Assembly: GCA_030390025.1 (NCBI GenBank)
Contig: CM059432.1
Location: 120,344,001-120,408,000 of the forward strand
DNA from: Squalus acanthias
Taxonomy: Eukaryota
Direction of reading: 5' to 3'
Length of the DNA stretch: 64,000 nt
Below the pieces are notes generated by a model, which saw only the letters and a program-made list of their open reading frames with translations, made no database searches and was not told the origin of the DNA. Shown here piece after piece: positions 27,211 to 40,840 of this stretch. Made by a program: the position numbers and the translations under genes. Numbering within the stretch: position 1 is the stretch's first letter; the number at the start of each line of letters is the position of its first letter.

Positions 27211-28690
27211 GGACGCAGAAATTCGATCAGGCCGGGAAACAGCCGGTGCCATTGCGGGCCGAAGTTAACGGCCGCCCACAAAAAGAGCCGGTATTTTGGT
27301 GCTGCCTGTTGATTTACATTAGCGCAGCACAAAACCTGTAGTGTAACATTCTGTTTCGGGTGGTGCGCTCAGCAGGAGACCCAATGTAGCGTGGCCGTAG
27401 CATCCCTGGAGCGAGGCAGCGTGCTCTTAAAGCAAGGCTGTCATTTTAGAACGCAGTGTCGAGCCCTTAAAGGGGAACTGCCTTCTAAAATGAAAAAAAT
27501 AACAATCATTTAAAAATAGGCAGTTTTTAGCCCTTAGAGCTCAACAGCTTTCTGAAAAAAATTAAAAATAATTCCCAAATGGCAGTCTTCAGTTCTTAAA
27601 GCTGAACTGCCTTTGGCATGTAAAAAAATGGTAAATGTGCTTCAGCAATAACACAAATGGCTCAACAAGCCAGGGAAGGGGCTCCCAGGGTCTCGCACAC
27701 AGCACTCCAGCTTTCTGCAGGGGGTCAACACTGCAAGAGATGTCCTCTACCCACAGGGGCCAGGAGGCCCTCCAGAAAGAACGATGTGGGACCACATAGC
27801 CGAGGCCGTCACTGCCAGCAGTGTCACCCCCACCACCAGGCTCCAGTGTCTAAAGAAGCTTCATGACCTCAGATCAGTGGTCAAGTTCAGCGAATGCATC
27901 TTCAAAAGCTGTCTCCTACTAACTGCATCACTAGCCTCACACACTGCTCGACGCATTATGCCCCTCCCGTCCCCCCCCCCCCCAATCACTCACCTACCAA
28001 CAATCACTACCAAACACCTCACATTCCTAGCATCACCTCACCCTCTTGGAGGAGACAGTGCTGCCCATTCTTGGCAGGGGCATAGCTGAGCCCTTGGCCA
28101 GCAGTGGGGCTGAAAAATACAAGATGCTGGTATCCTCATACGTTATCCTCCATCTCAGATCCCACTTCCCCCTCATCCCACAATATCTTCTGATTTAGAA
28201 GGTGCGCATGGTGTAAGCATGCAGCTCTTACTTTCCCACCATCCCTTCACCACAACTGTACACTTGTGCCTTCCTCAGTTCACACACCCAAGAAATGCAG
28301 GCTTCCCAGCCAGTCAGTGATGAAGAAGAGGGAGAGGAGAAAGAAGAAGAAGAAGAAGAAGAAGAAGAAGAAGAAGAAGAAGATACACCCTCACTCGATT
28401 TCACACTCCCGGCCACCAGCTCCTCGAGATTGTCCTGCACGGCCATCTGCAATGTCCCCCACTGGGGTAGCACTGCATGACATCAGTAGAATAGGCAAAG
28501 GCACACACAAGACAGTCACTAAGGGAGTGTACAAGGATGATTAATTGATTTTTTGATGTCATATTGGATGGATAGATGTATAAAGCTGAATTGGAAAGTT
28601 TACTTTGTGGTGGCTTTTATTTCAGCCTTGTGGCCAAGAGGATGCTGTGATGGTCAGTAACAGAGGGAAGGTAAGGTGTGGGACAAATGT
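27211..28690 (+). mobile_element. Degenerate Harbinger with Myb/SANT remnant (27657-27890)
   Basis: MAQQAREGAPRVS..WDHIAEAV..RLQCLKKLHDL; acidic (GAA)n tract; TIR-like GGACGCAGAAATTC. Confidence 0.65.
28341..28382 (+). repeat. (GAA)n microsatellite
   Basis: Direct reading. Confidence 0.95.
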
Positions 28691-29700
28691 TGAAAGGGTC
28701 ACTGGTACCACAGACGATGATTCCATCCTGGATATCCCAGCCACAAAGGGGCTGTCTGGGATGCATCCTTCCTTTGAAGGGATAATTACTAGTCCTAGCC
28801 CTTTTCGGGCTACCCCAGATCAGGCGTATTCCCGAGACGTTCACCTTCAACTAAAGTTAGAGATAGCCAAATCCTAGAGACGCTTAATTGGGTCTAAAGG
28901 TTCAGACTATCTCTCCCTAAAGGAAAGGAACAACTTGAAGATGTTACCATCCTCCAGATAGCACTTTTAATAAGTTTAACTAGACTGTAACCTTCCGGAT
29001 ATTATGAGGGTCCAGAAAACTCCCCCAGAATTCTGCAACTCCTCACCAAAGAGTATACAGAGATTGAGTTTGCAAGTTTGATACAGAAGTACTATGTGAG
29101 ACAATTCTAAAAATATATAGATTTATTAAAGAACCGACATGCAGTTAACAGTTGGTGAGTCAATCGCAACTTTAGCAGTTCAAAATACAAATAGCTTACA
29201 ATTCTTATTTTCAGAGATCCTTATTCTCAATTCTTAACTTCGTTACATTTTTACATTTCTACTTATTCTTAATCCAGAATATCCACCAAAATCAAATACC
29301 TTTGATTACCCGAGACTCAAAGAGTTGAAAACTTACAGAGCTTGCCTCTGAAGTTGAGAATCGCTTGCCCCTTCCAGCGAATTCTGACTTCCTATCTGAA
29401 AGTTCTATATTTTATACCCTTTCTCGGTGGTATATTCTTTGAAGTTTTCTACTGATGTAAGCTAATTATCTCTAGTCCTATTTCTGATGACTTCTTTCTG
29501 TTCTTACTGTCAATTCAGCTGCTGCATGCAGAATTATGTCTGCTGTGTAGGTGTTCAAAACTTATCATAAAAATAATGTAACAGCAGTGGTTCTATTTGA
29601 TGCCATTTTTACGAAGGTCCTCTATCCAATTCTTAAATTACCTCAGCTGGTTATAAGCAGATGTCGTGTCTCCTAACTGTTCCAAGTTCAATACAAACAC
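28689..29700 (-). mobile_element. Possible LTR-like segment (probably continues after 31170)
   Basis: Begins TGTTG; minus-strand AATAAA (about 29123) and TATAAAA (about 29411) in LTR-like order. Confidence 0.35.
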
Positions 29701-29703
29701 AAT

Positions 29704-30323
29704 GGGCTGGATTTTGAATGACCCATGGGGCTGGATTTTGAATGACCCATGGAGTCGGGTTTGGAGGCGTGTGCGGGGTTAAATTTGCGTGGTCGGGGTT
29801 TCCGACCCCATCCCGACTCCATCCCGCCTCCACGCAATTTGGACATAATCAGTAGCGGGGTTCCCGACTCCGTCCCGCCTTCAAGAGGCGGGAGAGGCCA
29901 TTAAAGCCCTTAACAAGCTCTAAATTGGCTCTGTAATGCCATTTTGAAACATTATAGCTAGTTTAACCCTCTTCTGACGTGAAGCACGCCTGGTGTGAAA
30001 CACTTCAGTGAAACCTGGCGGGTCTCTCTCTCTCTCTCTTTCCCCCCCCCCCATTTTTGCATCCAGGTCCACTCACATCAAAAGCCAGACAGGTCCTCTC
30101 TCACCAACAGTCTCTGAGACTAGGCAGTCAGCAATGATGACATCATCAGAGGTGACTTTCAGACTGAAAACACTAATTAGTTCATGGGTTCCCACATGCT
30201 CCAACTCAATTGCCCAATTAAGTGAAAATTGCATCAGGCATCCACATTAATCTGGAGTCGGGGGGGAAAACACGAAATGCGGATTACACGACCCCAACCC
30301 GACCCCAAGACAAAATCCAGCCC
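29704..30323 (+). mobile_element. MITE family B, copy 2, with a 24-bp tandem duplication of its left end
   Basis: Same TIRs and interior as 23358-24117; TSD AAT. Confidence 0.92.
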
Positions 30324-30326
30324 AAT

Positions 30327-31167
30327 GGGCTGGATTTTGAAGTTGGAGTCGGGTTCGGGTCAGGAATCACACATTCTGGCTTGTGAGCCCGCCTCCATTG
30401 AGATGTGGCCAACCCACTGTATTTTCCCTTGATTGACCTTGTTGAGCCTGCCCAGTGGGCTCAGCAGGCCAATTAAGGGCTACCCAGCAACAGGTGATGT
30501 CACAGACTGACATTTCATCTGTCAAGAGCTTTTGACAGATGAAATATTAGCGTTTGACAGCTCTGTGAAGCTGTCAAACACTCACAATATGATTTCTAAC
30601 TTCAGTCCTTCTTTTCAGGCTGAGTTAGAAATCATTCCAGCACAGAAAACAGAAGGCTGCTGTTTTGGACAGGTCCACAGCTTTCCTGCTTTCTGTGCCG
30701 GTGAGATTTCTAACTCCCGAGAACTGAAGGGCTGACACCTGCAGGAGGAAGTTAAAGTAAGTAAAACTTTTTCCAACACTTAGCACTTACCTTGCACACT
30801 TACCTCTGCACACATGCACCCATCACTCACCTGCCCACCGGACATATCGACCCCTCCAACCCCTGCAGACCCACGGCCCGACCCGATAACTTGGAGTGGT
30901 TGCCACCTGTCGGGAAGCCCACACTTTTCATTTTAAAATAGGGATTATGCAAAAAACTGCCTGTTAACTACCTGTTAACAGGCAGTTAATTGTCACTAAT
31001 CCCTTCCCGCCTCAGGGAGTCGGGTTTCAGACCAGGTCGGGTACCCGCCGCAGAGAAACTGGCATGGAGGTGGATTGGAGTCGGGATGGGGTCGGGACCC
31101 CCGAATCTGCAACTTTAACCCCCCCCGCCTCCAAACCCGACTCCACGGGTCATTGAAAATCCAGCCC
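30327..31167 (+). mobile_element. MITE family A, copy 2
   Basis: Same TIRs and interior as 1640-2426; TSD AAT. Confidence 0.92.
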
Positions 31168-32087
31168 AATGTGATTGCTTGTTGTCATTTTTATGAAGGC
31201 CTTCTGTTTGTATCTTTTTACAACATGTAAATTAAAACCACTTCAACCGAGTATATGATTGTTTTCCTAGTTACTTCAATTGGTTGTATTAAGAATTATG
31301 TCTCCATGTTTCATTTGATGTTATATTTACGAAGGCATATGTTTTTTTAATGTTCTGTGTTTCATTTCAAAGTGTTGGTTTAAAACAATTTAACTGGGTA
31401 TTCTTATTGTGTTCTTCCCAAACTGCAGACTTCTTGGAAACTCCAACCTTTTGCTTCAATAGGGCCATTGTCTCAGTGTCAACGACCAATTCCCATTTCA
31501 AAAGCTTGTATGGTGTTTACAGCTTTGTGTTAACAACTCATCTTATCTCGAAAGCCTATATTTACAGGTTGGGTCGTTGAGGCTTTTAGATTTTTAAACA
31601 CAGTTTGTCATGTTTTAATAATCAAAATTCTTTCATAGGATGGTATATTTTTCTGAAATATGGCTATTCCTTTACACCTTCCTCTTCCTCCTCTTCTGCT
31701 TCTTCTCTTCTGCTTCCTCCTCTTCCCTCTGCGAGCAGATACTGCAAATCTGAAATTAAAGCAGAAAATGCTAGAAATACTCAGCAGGTCAGGCAGCATC
31801 TCGACCTGAGACATTTGGCTGTGATTTTGCCATTGGAGGCGGATTCGCGTTGGGTTGGATGCGAGGTGGGTTCATGTCCCACTGTCAGTTTCAGCCTGAC
31901 TGAAATAACTATTTTGACTTAACTGGGCTTATTCAGCCCGCCGTGCACTTTACCCGGCCCAATCAGTGGGTTCAGGTCTGCTGCTTGCCTCTGCTGACAT
32001 CTTCGATTCAGCTGCATTTAAGGGGCCCATGCAGCCTTGTGGTGTTTAATTCACATTCTGGTGCTTCTCAATGTTACTGATAGCGAG

Positions 32088-33992
32088 ATGACTGCTTCAA
32101 GAGCCAAGGCTTCTCCCCGATTTGATGACTCCTTCCATGCTCTTGTGGAGGGAGTGAGAGGGTGCAAGGAGGTTCTGTTCCCCTCCAATGGACGTATGAA
32201 GCCTCCTGAGCACACAAAGGCAGCCTGGCTGCAAATTGCTGAGGAGGTTATCGCCTGGTCTTTGTGCTCACGCACCTGGGTTCAGCGCAGGAAAAGGTTC
32301 AATGACAGGCTACGTTCAGCAAAAGTGAGTATAACATCACACTTACCTTCAATCTGCTCCCCATCTCTTCTCATCACCAGCACTCTGCATTGTCAACCTA
32401 CTCCTGCACATCCTAATTTACCCTTACATCCCTTGCACCCTTAACCATCCCTCTCTCTCTATGTACAGAATCACTTCACTATTCGACTATGCACCCTCAC
32501 ATGCGCTATCACTGTTATGCAATGGCAACAACTAACAATGCACAGGGAGGGCCCTTGGTATTGGCACCTCCCTCCATCTTTGTCTCCCTCTAAGCATCTA
32601 TGCTATGGATTCTCTGCACTCACTCAAACATTCTCGCTCAAAATCCACTTGTCTCCCTCATTGCAGGAAAAGAGAGCTCACAATAAGGGGAGAGAGGGAG
32701 GTGAGGAGGAGGGCCACCTTCCATGGTGCATTTAGCCACCGCTGAGGAGGCTGCTATTGAAATCATCGAAGGTGCAGAGGAGCTGGAAGTGGGGGACGGA
32801 GAGACAGGCGCAGTAGAGCAAGCTGGTGACAGAATAGATTTGCAACCCTCTCATTTAGATTTCATGAGTGACTGATATGGCATCTGATGTTCATACAGAT
32901 TGAGTTCTGATTATCTGCACAGTGGGATATGTCTGCTACGTTAATATCACACGTCTAACTCATGCCTTTACTCCTCCACAGGACCATCGAGAGCCCCCCT
33001 CCCCACTGTCCAGGCGGAAGAGCCGGATGACTCCTCAGAGGAACCTGGAGCCTCTGAGGGAGCAGCGTCAGCAGAAATGAACGCACCCAGCACCAGCGCA
33101 GAGACGCACACCTCGGTGGGTCATTCGTGAGATAGATTAGTGTTGTCACCTGGTGTATCACAGCTCACAACTGAGCATCAGCAGTTGGTGGAGACAGCGA
33201 CAGCAGAGGAGAGTCCTCGTCGGAGGGCGCTGGACGCTAGTAGCTCTGCTCAGCTGCATGCGGACGCTGTGACTCTGGGGTAATCCAGAAAGAGAGCAGT
33301 GCTGGAACTTCAGGAACAAGTGCAGGAGTCTCTGACAGTGTTTGCAACCACGGTAACTGCGAGTGTGCAGAGAATGGAGGAGTCCCTCTCAAACATGAGC
33401 AATGCCGTAGTACATGCAATGGCGAGTGTAGGTGCCACCATGGAAAGGATGGCAAACTCCAAGTAGGACATAAATCGCCAGACTCAAATGAACATGGTGA
33501 CTCTTCTAAATAGATGGTCTGCTATGGAGCAGAGATGGGCATCTATTGAGGAGAGGAACCAGAGGTACATGGACATCCTCATTATGAGGGCTGTCGGTAC
33601 AGAGACAGGTCCTCATGGCCCCACTGATGTGCAGCAAGGTGCTCTCCAGCTACTTGCTCACAGTGAAGTGCGGGTGATCCATGAGAAAGATGTTGGCGGT
33701 TGACAACAAGGAAGTATGGGCTCCTCTCCAAGCACTCACACTCCCATGCCACTGCGGATCCCTGGGTCAGAGCCCCAGATTCCTCACCCAACTGAGATGG
33801 CCATCTCAGCCCCTGCACAGGCACAGGAGGAGCAGGCTGTTGCGGAGCCCTCCCAGGCTCCCAAACCCAAAGGCCGCCTGCCAAAGGCGTCAAAGCAGGC
33901 GCAGCATAGAAGTGAGTAAGGTGCCGCTACATCTGCTGAAGCCACAGGGGAAGCACCGCGTAGAAGCATGGGAAGGGAAAGTTAACACATAA
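32088..33992 (+). pseudogene. Harbinger Myb/SANT gene (exons 32088-32324, 32667-32825, about 32981-33992), disrupted
   Basis: PRFDDS..AWLQIAEEV..RTWVQRRKRFNDRL; same introns as the 19389 copy. Confidence 0.8.
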
Positions 33993-34174
33993 GTTGTCAC
34001 AAGGGTAGTTACTTGGGTGTTTGGATCTAATACAAAGTTACGTTTCTCATCGTTATTTCAATTGTATTAAAGAAATGCGATGTCAAAGATTCAAAGAGTT
34101 GGTCTATGTGTGCTCAGAAATGGAAGTTGCACAGTGAAGGGTGAGGGCGCCTTTCATCTGTAATGAAGGTGGTG

Positions 34175-36340
34175 AAACATAGAAACATAGAAGATAGGAG
34201 CAGGTGTAAGCCAGTCGGCCCCTCAAGCCTGTTCCGCCATTTAATGAGATCATGGCTGATCATCCAAATTCAGTACCCTGTCCCTGCTTTCTCCCCATAT
34301 CCCTTGATCCCTTTAGCCTTAAGAAATATATCTAACTCCTTCTTGAATATATTTAATGAATTGGCCTCAACTGCCTTGTGTGGTAGAGAATTCCACAGGT
34401 TCACCACTCTCTGGGTGAAGAAATTCCTCCTCATCTCGGTCCTAAATGGCTTACCCCTTATCCTTGGACTGTGACCCCTGGTTCTGGACTCCCCCGTCAT
34501 CAGGAACATCCGTCCTGCATCTAGTCTGTCTAGTCCTGTTAGAATTTTATAAGTTTCAATGAGATCCCCTCTCATTCTTCTAAACTCTAGCGAATATAAG
34601 CCTAATCGACCCAATCTCTCTTCATATGACATTCCTGCTATCCCAGGTATCAGTCTGGTGAATCTTCGCTGCACTCCCTCCATGGCAAGAACATCTTCCT
34701 CAGATAAGGTGACAAAAACTGCACACAATACTCAAGGTGTGGTCTCACCAAGGCCCTGTACAACTGCAGCAAGACATCCTTGCTCCTGTACTTGAATCCT
34801 CTCGCTATGAAGGCCAACATACCATTTGCCTTCTTAACCGCCTGCTGCACCTGCATGCTTACCTTCAGCGACTGGTGCACAAGGACACCCAGGTCTCGTT
34901 CCACTTCCCCTTTTCCCAATCTATTGCCATTCAGATAATAATCTGTCTTCCTGTTTTTGCCACCAAAGTAGATAACCTCCCTTTTATCCACATTATACTG
35001 CATCTGCCATGCATCTGCCCAATCACCCAACCTGTCCAAATCATACTGGAGTTTCTCTGCATCCTACTCACAGCACACACGCCCACCCAGCTTTGTGTCA
35101 TCTGCAAACTTGCATCTAGTTCCCTCGTCTAGATCATTAATATATATTATGAATAGCTGGGGTCCTAGCAACGATCCCTGCGGTACCCCACCAGTCACTG
35201 CCTGCCACTCGGAAAAAGACCCGTTTATTCCAACTCTTTGCTTCCTGTCTGCCAACCAGTTCTCTATCCAAGTCAGTACCTTAGCCCCAATCCCATGTGC
35301 TTTAATTTTGCACGCTAATCTCTTATGCGGGTCCTTATCGAAAGCCTTCTGCAAGTCCAAATATACCACATCCACTGGTTCTCCCTTATCTATCCTACCA
35401 GTTACATCCTCAAAAAATTCCAGTAGATTAGTCAAGCATGATTTATCTTTTGTAAATCCATGTTGACTTTGTCCGATCCTGTCACTGTTTTCCAAGTGCT
35501 CTGCTATTACATCTTTTATAATGGACTCTAGCATTTTCCCCACTACCGATGTCAGGCTTACCGGTCTATAATTCCCCATTTTCTCTCTACCACCTTTTTT
35601 AAATAGTGGGGTAATATTAGCTACCCTCCAATCCATGGGAACTGTTCCAGAGCCTATAGAATTTTGGAAGATGACCAGCAATGCATCTACTTTTTCTAGA
35701 GCCACTTCCTTAAGTACCCTAGGATGTAGATTATCAGGCCCTGGGGATTTATCGGCCTTCAATCCCATCAATTTCCCTAACACCATTTCCCTACCAATAC
35801 TGATTTCATTCAATTCCTCCCTCTCATTAGACCCTATGTTCCCTGACATCTCTGGGAGGTTATTTGTGTCCTCCTTTGTGAAGACAGAACCAAAGTATGT
35901 ATTTAATTGGTCTGCCATTTCTTTGTTCCCCATTATAAATTCCCCTGACTGCAAGGGACCTATGCTTGACTTCACCAATCTTTTTCTCTTCACATATCTA
36001 TAAAAGCTTTTACAGTCAATTTTTATGTTCCCTGAAAGCTTACTCTCATATTCTATTTTCCCCCTCTTAATTAATCCCTTTGTCCTCCTTTGCTGAGTCC
36101 TAAACTGCTCCCAATCCTCAGGTTTGCTGCTTTTTCTGGCCAATTTATATGTCCTCTCCTTGGATCTTATGCTATCCCTAATTTCCCTTGTTAGCCACGG
36201 TTGAGTCACCTTTTTTGTTTTATTTTTATGCCAAACAGGGATGAACAAATTCTGCAGTTCATCCATGCGATCTTTAAATGTTTGCCATTGCCTTTCCACT
36301 GTCAAACCTTTAAGTAATGCTCCCCAATCCATCCTAGCCA
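34175..36340 (-). mobile_element. CR1 LINE, 5'-truncated with internal deletion
   Basis: 456-aa RT ORF 35064-36434 ([26 protein letters not shown]); (TTCTATGT)n tail at 34175. Confidence 0.93.
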
Positions 36341-37302
36341 GTGAGAGTGATAGGAAACCACAGTTTATTGTACAGTTGCTGTATGGTGTGTTAAGAAGAT
36401 CGGGCAGACATTCATTTCGATTTGCCAGCCACATGTGTTTGCTGTGTAAACTTACGCTAATTTGGCATGGATGGTTTGCTCAATGATGCTTCTGGTGGAA
36501 ATGTGGCTCACATTGTACCGCTCCTCAGCTTCGTTTGATGGCCCCCTCATCGGTGTCATAGCCACGTCTTCGGGGGATAGCCCTTGTCTCCAAGGAGCCA
36601 TCCGGAAAGTTGGGTTGGCGGATTGAACAGCTGAGGCACAGTAGACTGGCGCAGGATGAACGAGTCATGGCAACTGACAGGGAAATTGGCACAAACATGC
36701 ATAATGTTCTTCCTGTGGTTATACATCAGCTGGACATTAAGGAGTGGAAACCTTTGCGGTTCACAAATACAGCTGGGTTGTAATGGGGTGCCCTAATGGC
36801 CACATGTGTGCAGTCTACGATGCCCTGCACCCTTGGGAACCCTGCCAGATTTGCAAAGCCAACCGCACGTGCGGTAACACTTGCTTCATCCATGGAGAAG
36901 TGGATGCAATTGTGTGACTTTTCAAAGAGGGCATCGGTAACCTGCATGATGCAAGTATGTGCGGCCGACTAGGAGGTGCCGCTTATGTCTGCTGCTGATC
37001 ACTGGAAGGACCCTGAAGCAAAGAAGTTGAGTGTGGTGGTGACTTTGACAGCCACTGGTAAGGAGTGTCCACCCGCTCCTCTGGGCTGCAGGTGTTGGTG
37101 CAGCATTGTGCAGATGTCAGCAATGACCTCTCGCGAAAGTCTCAGCCTCCTTTGGCACTGCTGCTCAGTCATGTTGAGGAAGCTCATCCTCGGCCTGTAA
37201 AGCCTGTGCTGGGGGTATCTCCTGCGGAGCACTGTGCAGCCCTGCGCTGACGCCCTCTGCCCTGTGCAGCATCAGTTGGGTGAGGAGGAGGTTGGTGCTC
37301 CT

Positions 37303-37998
37303 GTTGTTTTTTTTTTATTCGCTTATGGGATCTGGGCGTCGCTGGCAAGGCCAGCATTTATTGCCCATCCCTAGTTGCCCTTGAGAAGGTGGTGGTGAGC
37401 CGCCTTCTTGAACCGCTGCAGTCCGTGTGGTGGTTAGACTCTCGCTTGTTGGAGGTAGTCATTGCCTGGCACTTCTGTGGCGCGAATGTTACCTGCCACT
37501 TATCAGCCCAAGCCTGAATGTCGTCCAGGTCTTGTTGCTTGCGGGCATGGACTGCTTCATTATCTGAGGAGTTGTGAATAGCGCTGAACACTGTGCAGTC
37601 ATCAGCGAACATCCCCATTTCTGACCTTATGTTGGAGGGAAGGCCATTGATGAAGCAGCTGAAGATGGTTGGGCCTAGGACACTGCCCTGACGAACTCCT
37701 GCAGCGATGTCCTGGGGCTGTGATGATTGACCTTTAACCACCACAACCATCTTCCTTTGTGCTAGGTATGACTCCAGCCAGTAGAGCATTTTCCCCCTGA
37801 TTCCCATTGACTTCAGTTTTACTAGGGCCCCTTGATGCCACACTCGGTCAATTGCTGCCTTGATGTCAAGGGCAGTCACTCTCACCTCACCTCTGGAATT
37901 CAGCTCCTTTGTCCATGTTTGGACCAAGGCTGCAATGAGTTCGGGAGCTGAGTGGTCTTGGCGGAACCCAAACTGGGCATCAGTGAGCAGGTTATTGG
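37303..37998 (-). mobile_element. CR1/L2-group LINE (family B) fragment with poly(A) tail
   Basis: QFGFRQDHSA, ALDIKAAIDRVWHQG, MFADDCTVF; matches 59188-60300. Confidence 0.88.
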
Positions 37999-38949
37999 TG
38001 CTGCTGTTGTGCCTGGTTCTGCTGTTGCTGCGGCTGCTCTTCCTCCGATTCTGAGGACCAGGATGAGAGGTATAAATGGTTCCCATTCTGCTGGTGGATA
38101 TCTCAGTTGAGGAATAGATGTTATAAGTGCTCAGTCAATGTGGGGAGAGGTTTTTCATCGATCTCAGCTTAAACACTTACAAGCTCAATAGACCTGCAAA
38201 ATGTGTTCCAAAACATCAAAACACAAAGTTCTGGCATCTGAAAGTCAGCCATGTTACAGGTCAGCTTTTATGCTGCAGGAGCAGCTTTCAAGTATTCAGC
38301 TCGTTGCTGAACCCGGCACAATCAGCTGGCATGTTTGTTTCACGACGTGCAACACGCTAAAATGTTGCAAAATGGGAAGAGCCTCTTAAAATAGGATTAT
38401 GCAGGCAGTTAACTGCCTTAAGTGCCTCTCCCACTGCTTGGTGTTGGGTCTGATTGGAACTCACAGAACTTTGTAAATTTGCATGGCGATGGGATGGCAG
38501 CGGGTTCACAACCCGCCGTCAATCATTTTGATTTTAACTCAGGACCCGCCTCCAAACCCGCCCTCTGAGCGCCGGCAAAATCGTGGCCATTAACTCTGTT
38601 TCTCTCTCCACAGATGCTGCCTGACCTGCTGAGTATCTCCAGCATTTTCTGTCATCTCAGATGCCTTCTTCACCATCCAAAACCTTGCAAGCATCCAGCA
38701 GCACTCCCTGCACACTTTAAAAACTTTTAACATCTATTGCACCAAGCCACTACTTCAATAAAATATTTAAAATGCAGTCCAAAAGCTTAAATCCAAACTT
38801 ACCTGAAAGATGTGTGTGCCCCTTTAAGAAGCGCTGACAGCATCTGCATGGCTGCTTCATGCATGCTTTTCTGTGCGTGGTTAGGACCCAGCGTAATGGT
38901 GAGCGAAAATGTTCAAATTAGCGCTGCATGTCGATTGACGTCATGAGGC

Positions 38950-39595
38950 AGTGCAAAAAAGGTTCACTCGGTTAATCCCGGGGATGAGGGGGTGGTCATA
39001 TGAGGAGAGGTTGGGTAGATTGGGACTCTACTCATTGGAGTTCAGAAGAATGAGAGGCGATCTTATTGAAACATATAAGATTGTGAAGGGGTTGGATCGG
39101 GTGGATGCGGGGAGGATGTTCCCGATGACGGGTGAGACTAGAACTAGGGGACATAGTCTTAGAATAAGGGGCTGCTCTTTCAAAACTGAGATGAGGAGGA
39201 ACTACTTCACTCAGAGGGTGGTAGGTCCATGGAATATGCTGCCACAAAAAGCTGTAGAAGCTACATCATTAAATAAATTTAAAACAGAAATAGACAGTTT
39301 CCTAGAAGTAAAGGGCATTAAGGGTTACGGGGAGCGGGCAGGAATTTGGACATGAGTCTAGGTTCGGATCGGTCATGGCCCTGTGGGTAGTGGAGCGGGC
39401 CCAGGGACCGTGTAGCCTGATTCTGCTCCTATTTCGTGTGTGCAATTCTGTTAGATGCAGGAGATGGTTCTGTGATAGATAGTAGATTGGCGGTTAGGAT
39501 CAGATCAGCCATGATCTTATTGAATGGCGGAGCAGGCTCGAGGGGCCGATTGGCCTACTCCTGCTCCTATTTCTTATGTTCTTATGTTCTTATGA
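38950..39595 (+). mobile_element. CR1 LINE 3' end
   Basis: RFTRLIPGM..RRMRGDLIETYKI..IKGYG; (TTCTTATG)n tail. Confidence 0.92.
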
Positions 39596-40369
39596 TCTGC
39601 TAATTTACATTTCAGAGGCCAGTGCTCTCAACGGCAGTGCTATGGTCCTTACCAAAATGGCAGCCGCTGTGTCCCGTGCTGGAAGCAGGTGGAAGTGACG
39701 TGGCTGCCATTTTTTCAAGAAAACCAGTGTTAACGGTAGGGAATTTCTAGGCCTTGATAATCAAATACTTTCTCTGAAATCATCTGAGCAGAGAGATGCA
39801 CTCAGTCAGCAGGCCAGGGGAGGATAGAACAGAGCTGGGACAGAACAGAAGCAAAGGGGAACGAGGCAGAGTCACAAGGAAACAAGGCAAAGAAAGAAAC
39901 TGGGAAACAAAAAGAGAACAGCAAACCGAGTTATCAATCCTTCAGATTGTAGTCTTGTATCGAAATGGTGTAAACATTTTTTAAAAAACACCAGTAATTT
40001 GCTTACCCATCTGAATCATCCCACTGTGGGTATCAGCGGGAGGTGGGGGGCGGGTCGATGATTGCGGGGCAGGGAGAGATTGGGGAGTTGGTGATCGCTG
40101 GGGGGTCGGTTTGAACCCTCTTTCTGAAATTGCTCTCGCACACCTGTCAGAGGATGACTTCACAGTGGCATTGGCATAGGAAAGGCAAGATATCTGCTAT
40201 TTTCATAGATGATGGGTACATTGCACAGATTACCAGGAGGAGAAAGATGAATTTTTCTTTTAATCTTGAGATTGCTGTAGGTCTTTTGAGGTGGTAGTGC
40301 ACCTCAGTGCTCACACCGTGTAATTGGTTTGTTCTTGATGCTGATTGAAGGGGAGATTGGAGGTGTTAT

Positions 40370-40520
40370 GTCTGTACCACCCACTATGTCTACTGGACCA
40401 CCATGTCTACTGGCCCACCATGTCTCCTGGCCCACCCATGTCTACTGTCCCATCATGTCTACTGGCCCAACATGTCTATGGTCCACCATGTCTGCTGGCC
40501 CAACATGTCTACTGGCACAA
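40370..40520 (+). repeat. Degenerate minisatellite, about 17-20-bp unit (CATGTCTACTGGCCCAC)
   Basis: About 8 visible units. Confidence 0.85.
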
Positions 40521-40840
40521 CCTGCCAATGACTGGGGATTACATCCAGATTCTCAAATTTAGCAGGAACAAGGTTATAGAACTGTACCGTCTGCTTTAAG
40601 AAAATCTGCAAACAAACACTAAGATAGGTGGGACTGCCAGTGGCCATCAAGGTGGTAGGCGTGTGTTTTCCTGAAATGCCCTTCCTGCAACCACTGCTAA
40701 ATTGTTACCTCTCCAGTACTTGCCACATTATCACAGGGGATAACCAGGTTTCTAAGGATGATGGCATGGCCTATATAAATAGAAAAGGGTTCTACTCCAT
40801 CAGCACGTAGCTGATCCGTGACCACCAACACTGTATCATG
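40520..40840 (+). pseudogene. Old Harbinger transposase remnant
   Basis: LKFSRNKVIELYRLL, LPVAIKV, INRKGFYS. Confidence 0.6.

Larger units (their letters stand above)
31816..38588. mobile_element. Harbinger transposon related to 19106-23186, decayed, carrying two LINE insertions
   Basis: TIRs GGCTGTGATTTTGCC / GGCAAAATCGTGGCC; flanking ATT; Myb exons from 32088; transposase remnant 36500-37300 (minus). Confidence 0.9.

Noticed and set aside
28228..28544. Poly-Lys/Ser/Glu ORFs
   Set aside because: Translations of a (GAA)n microsatellite in a decayed Harbinger
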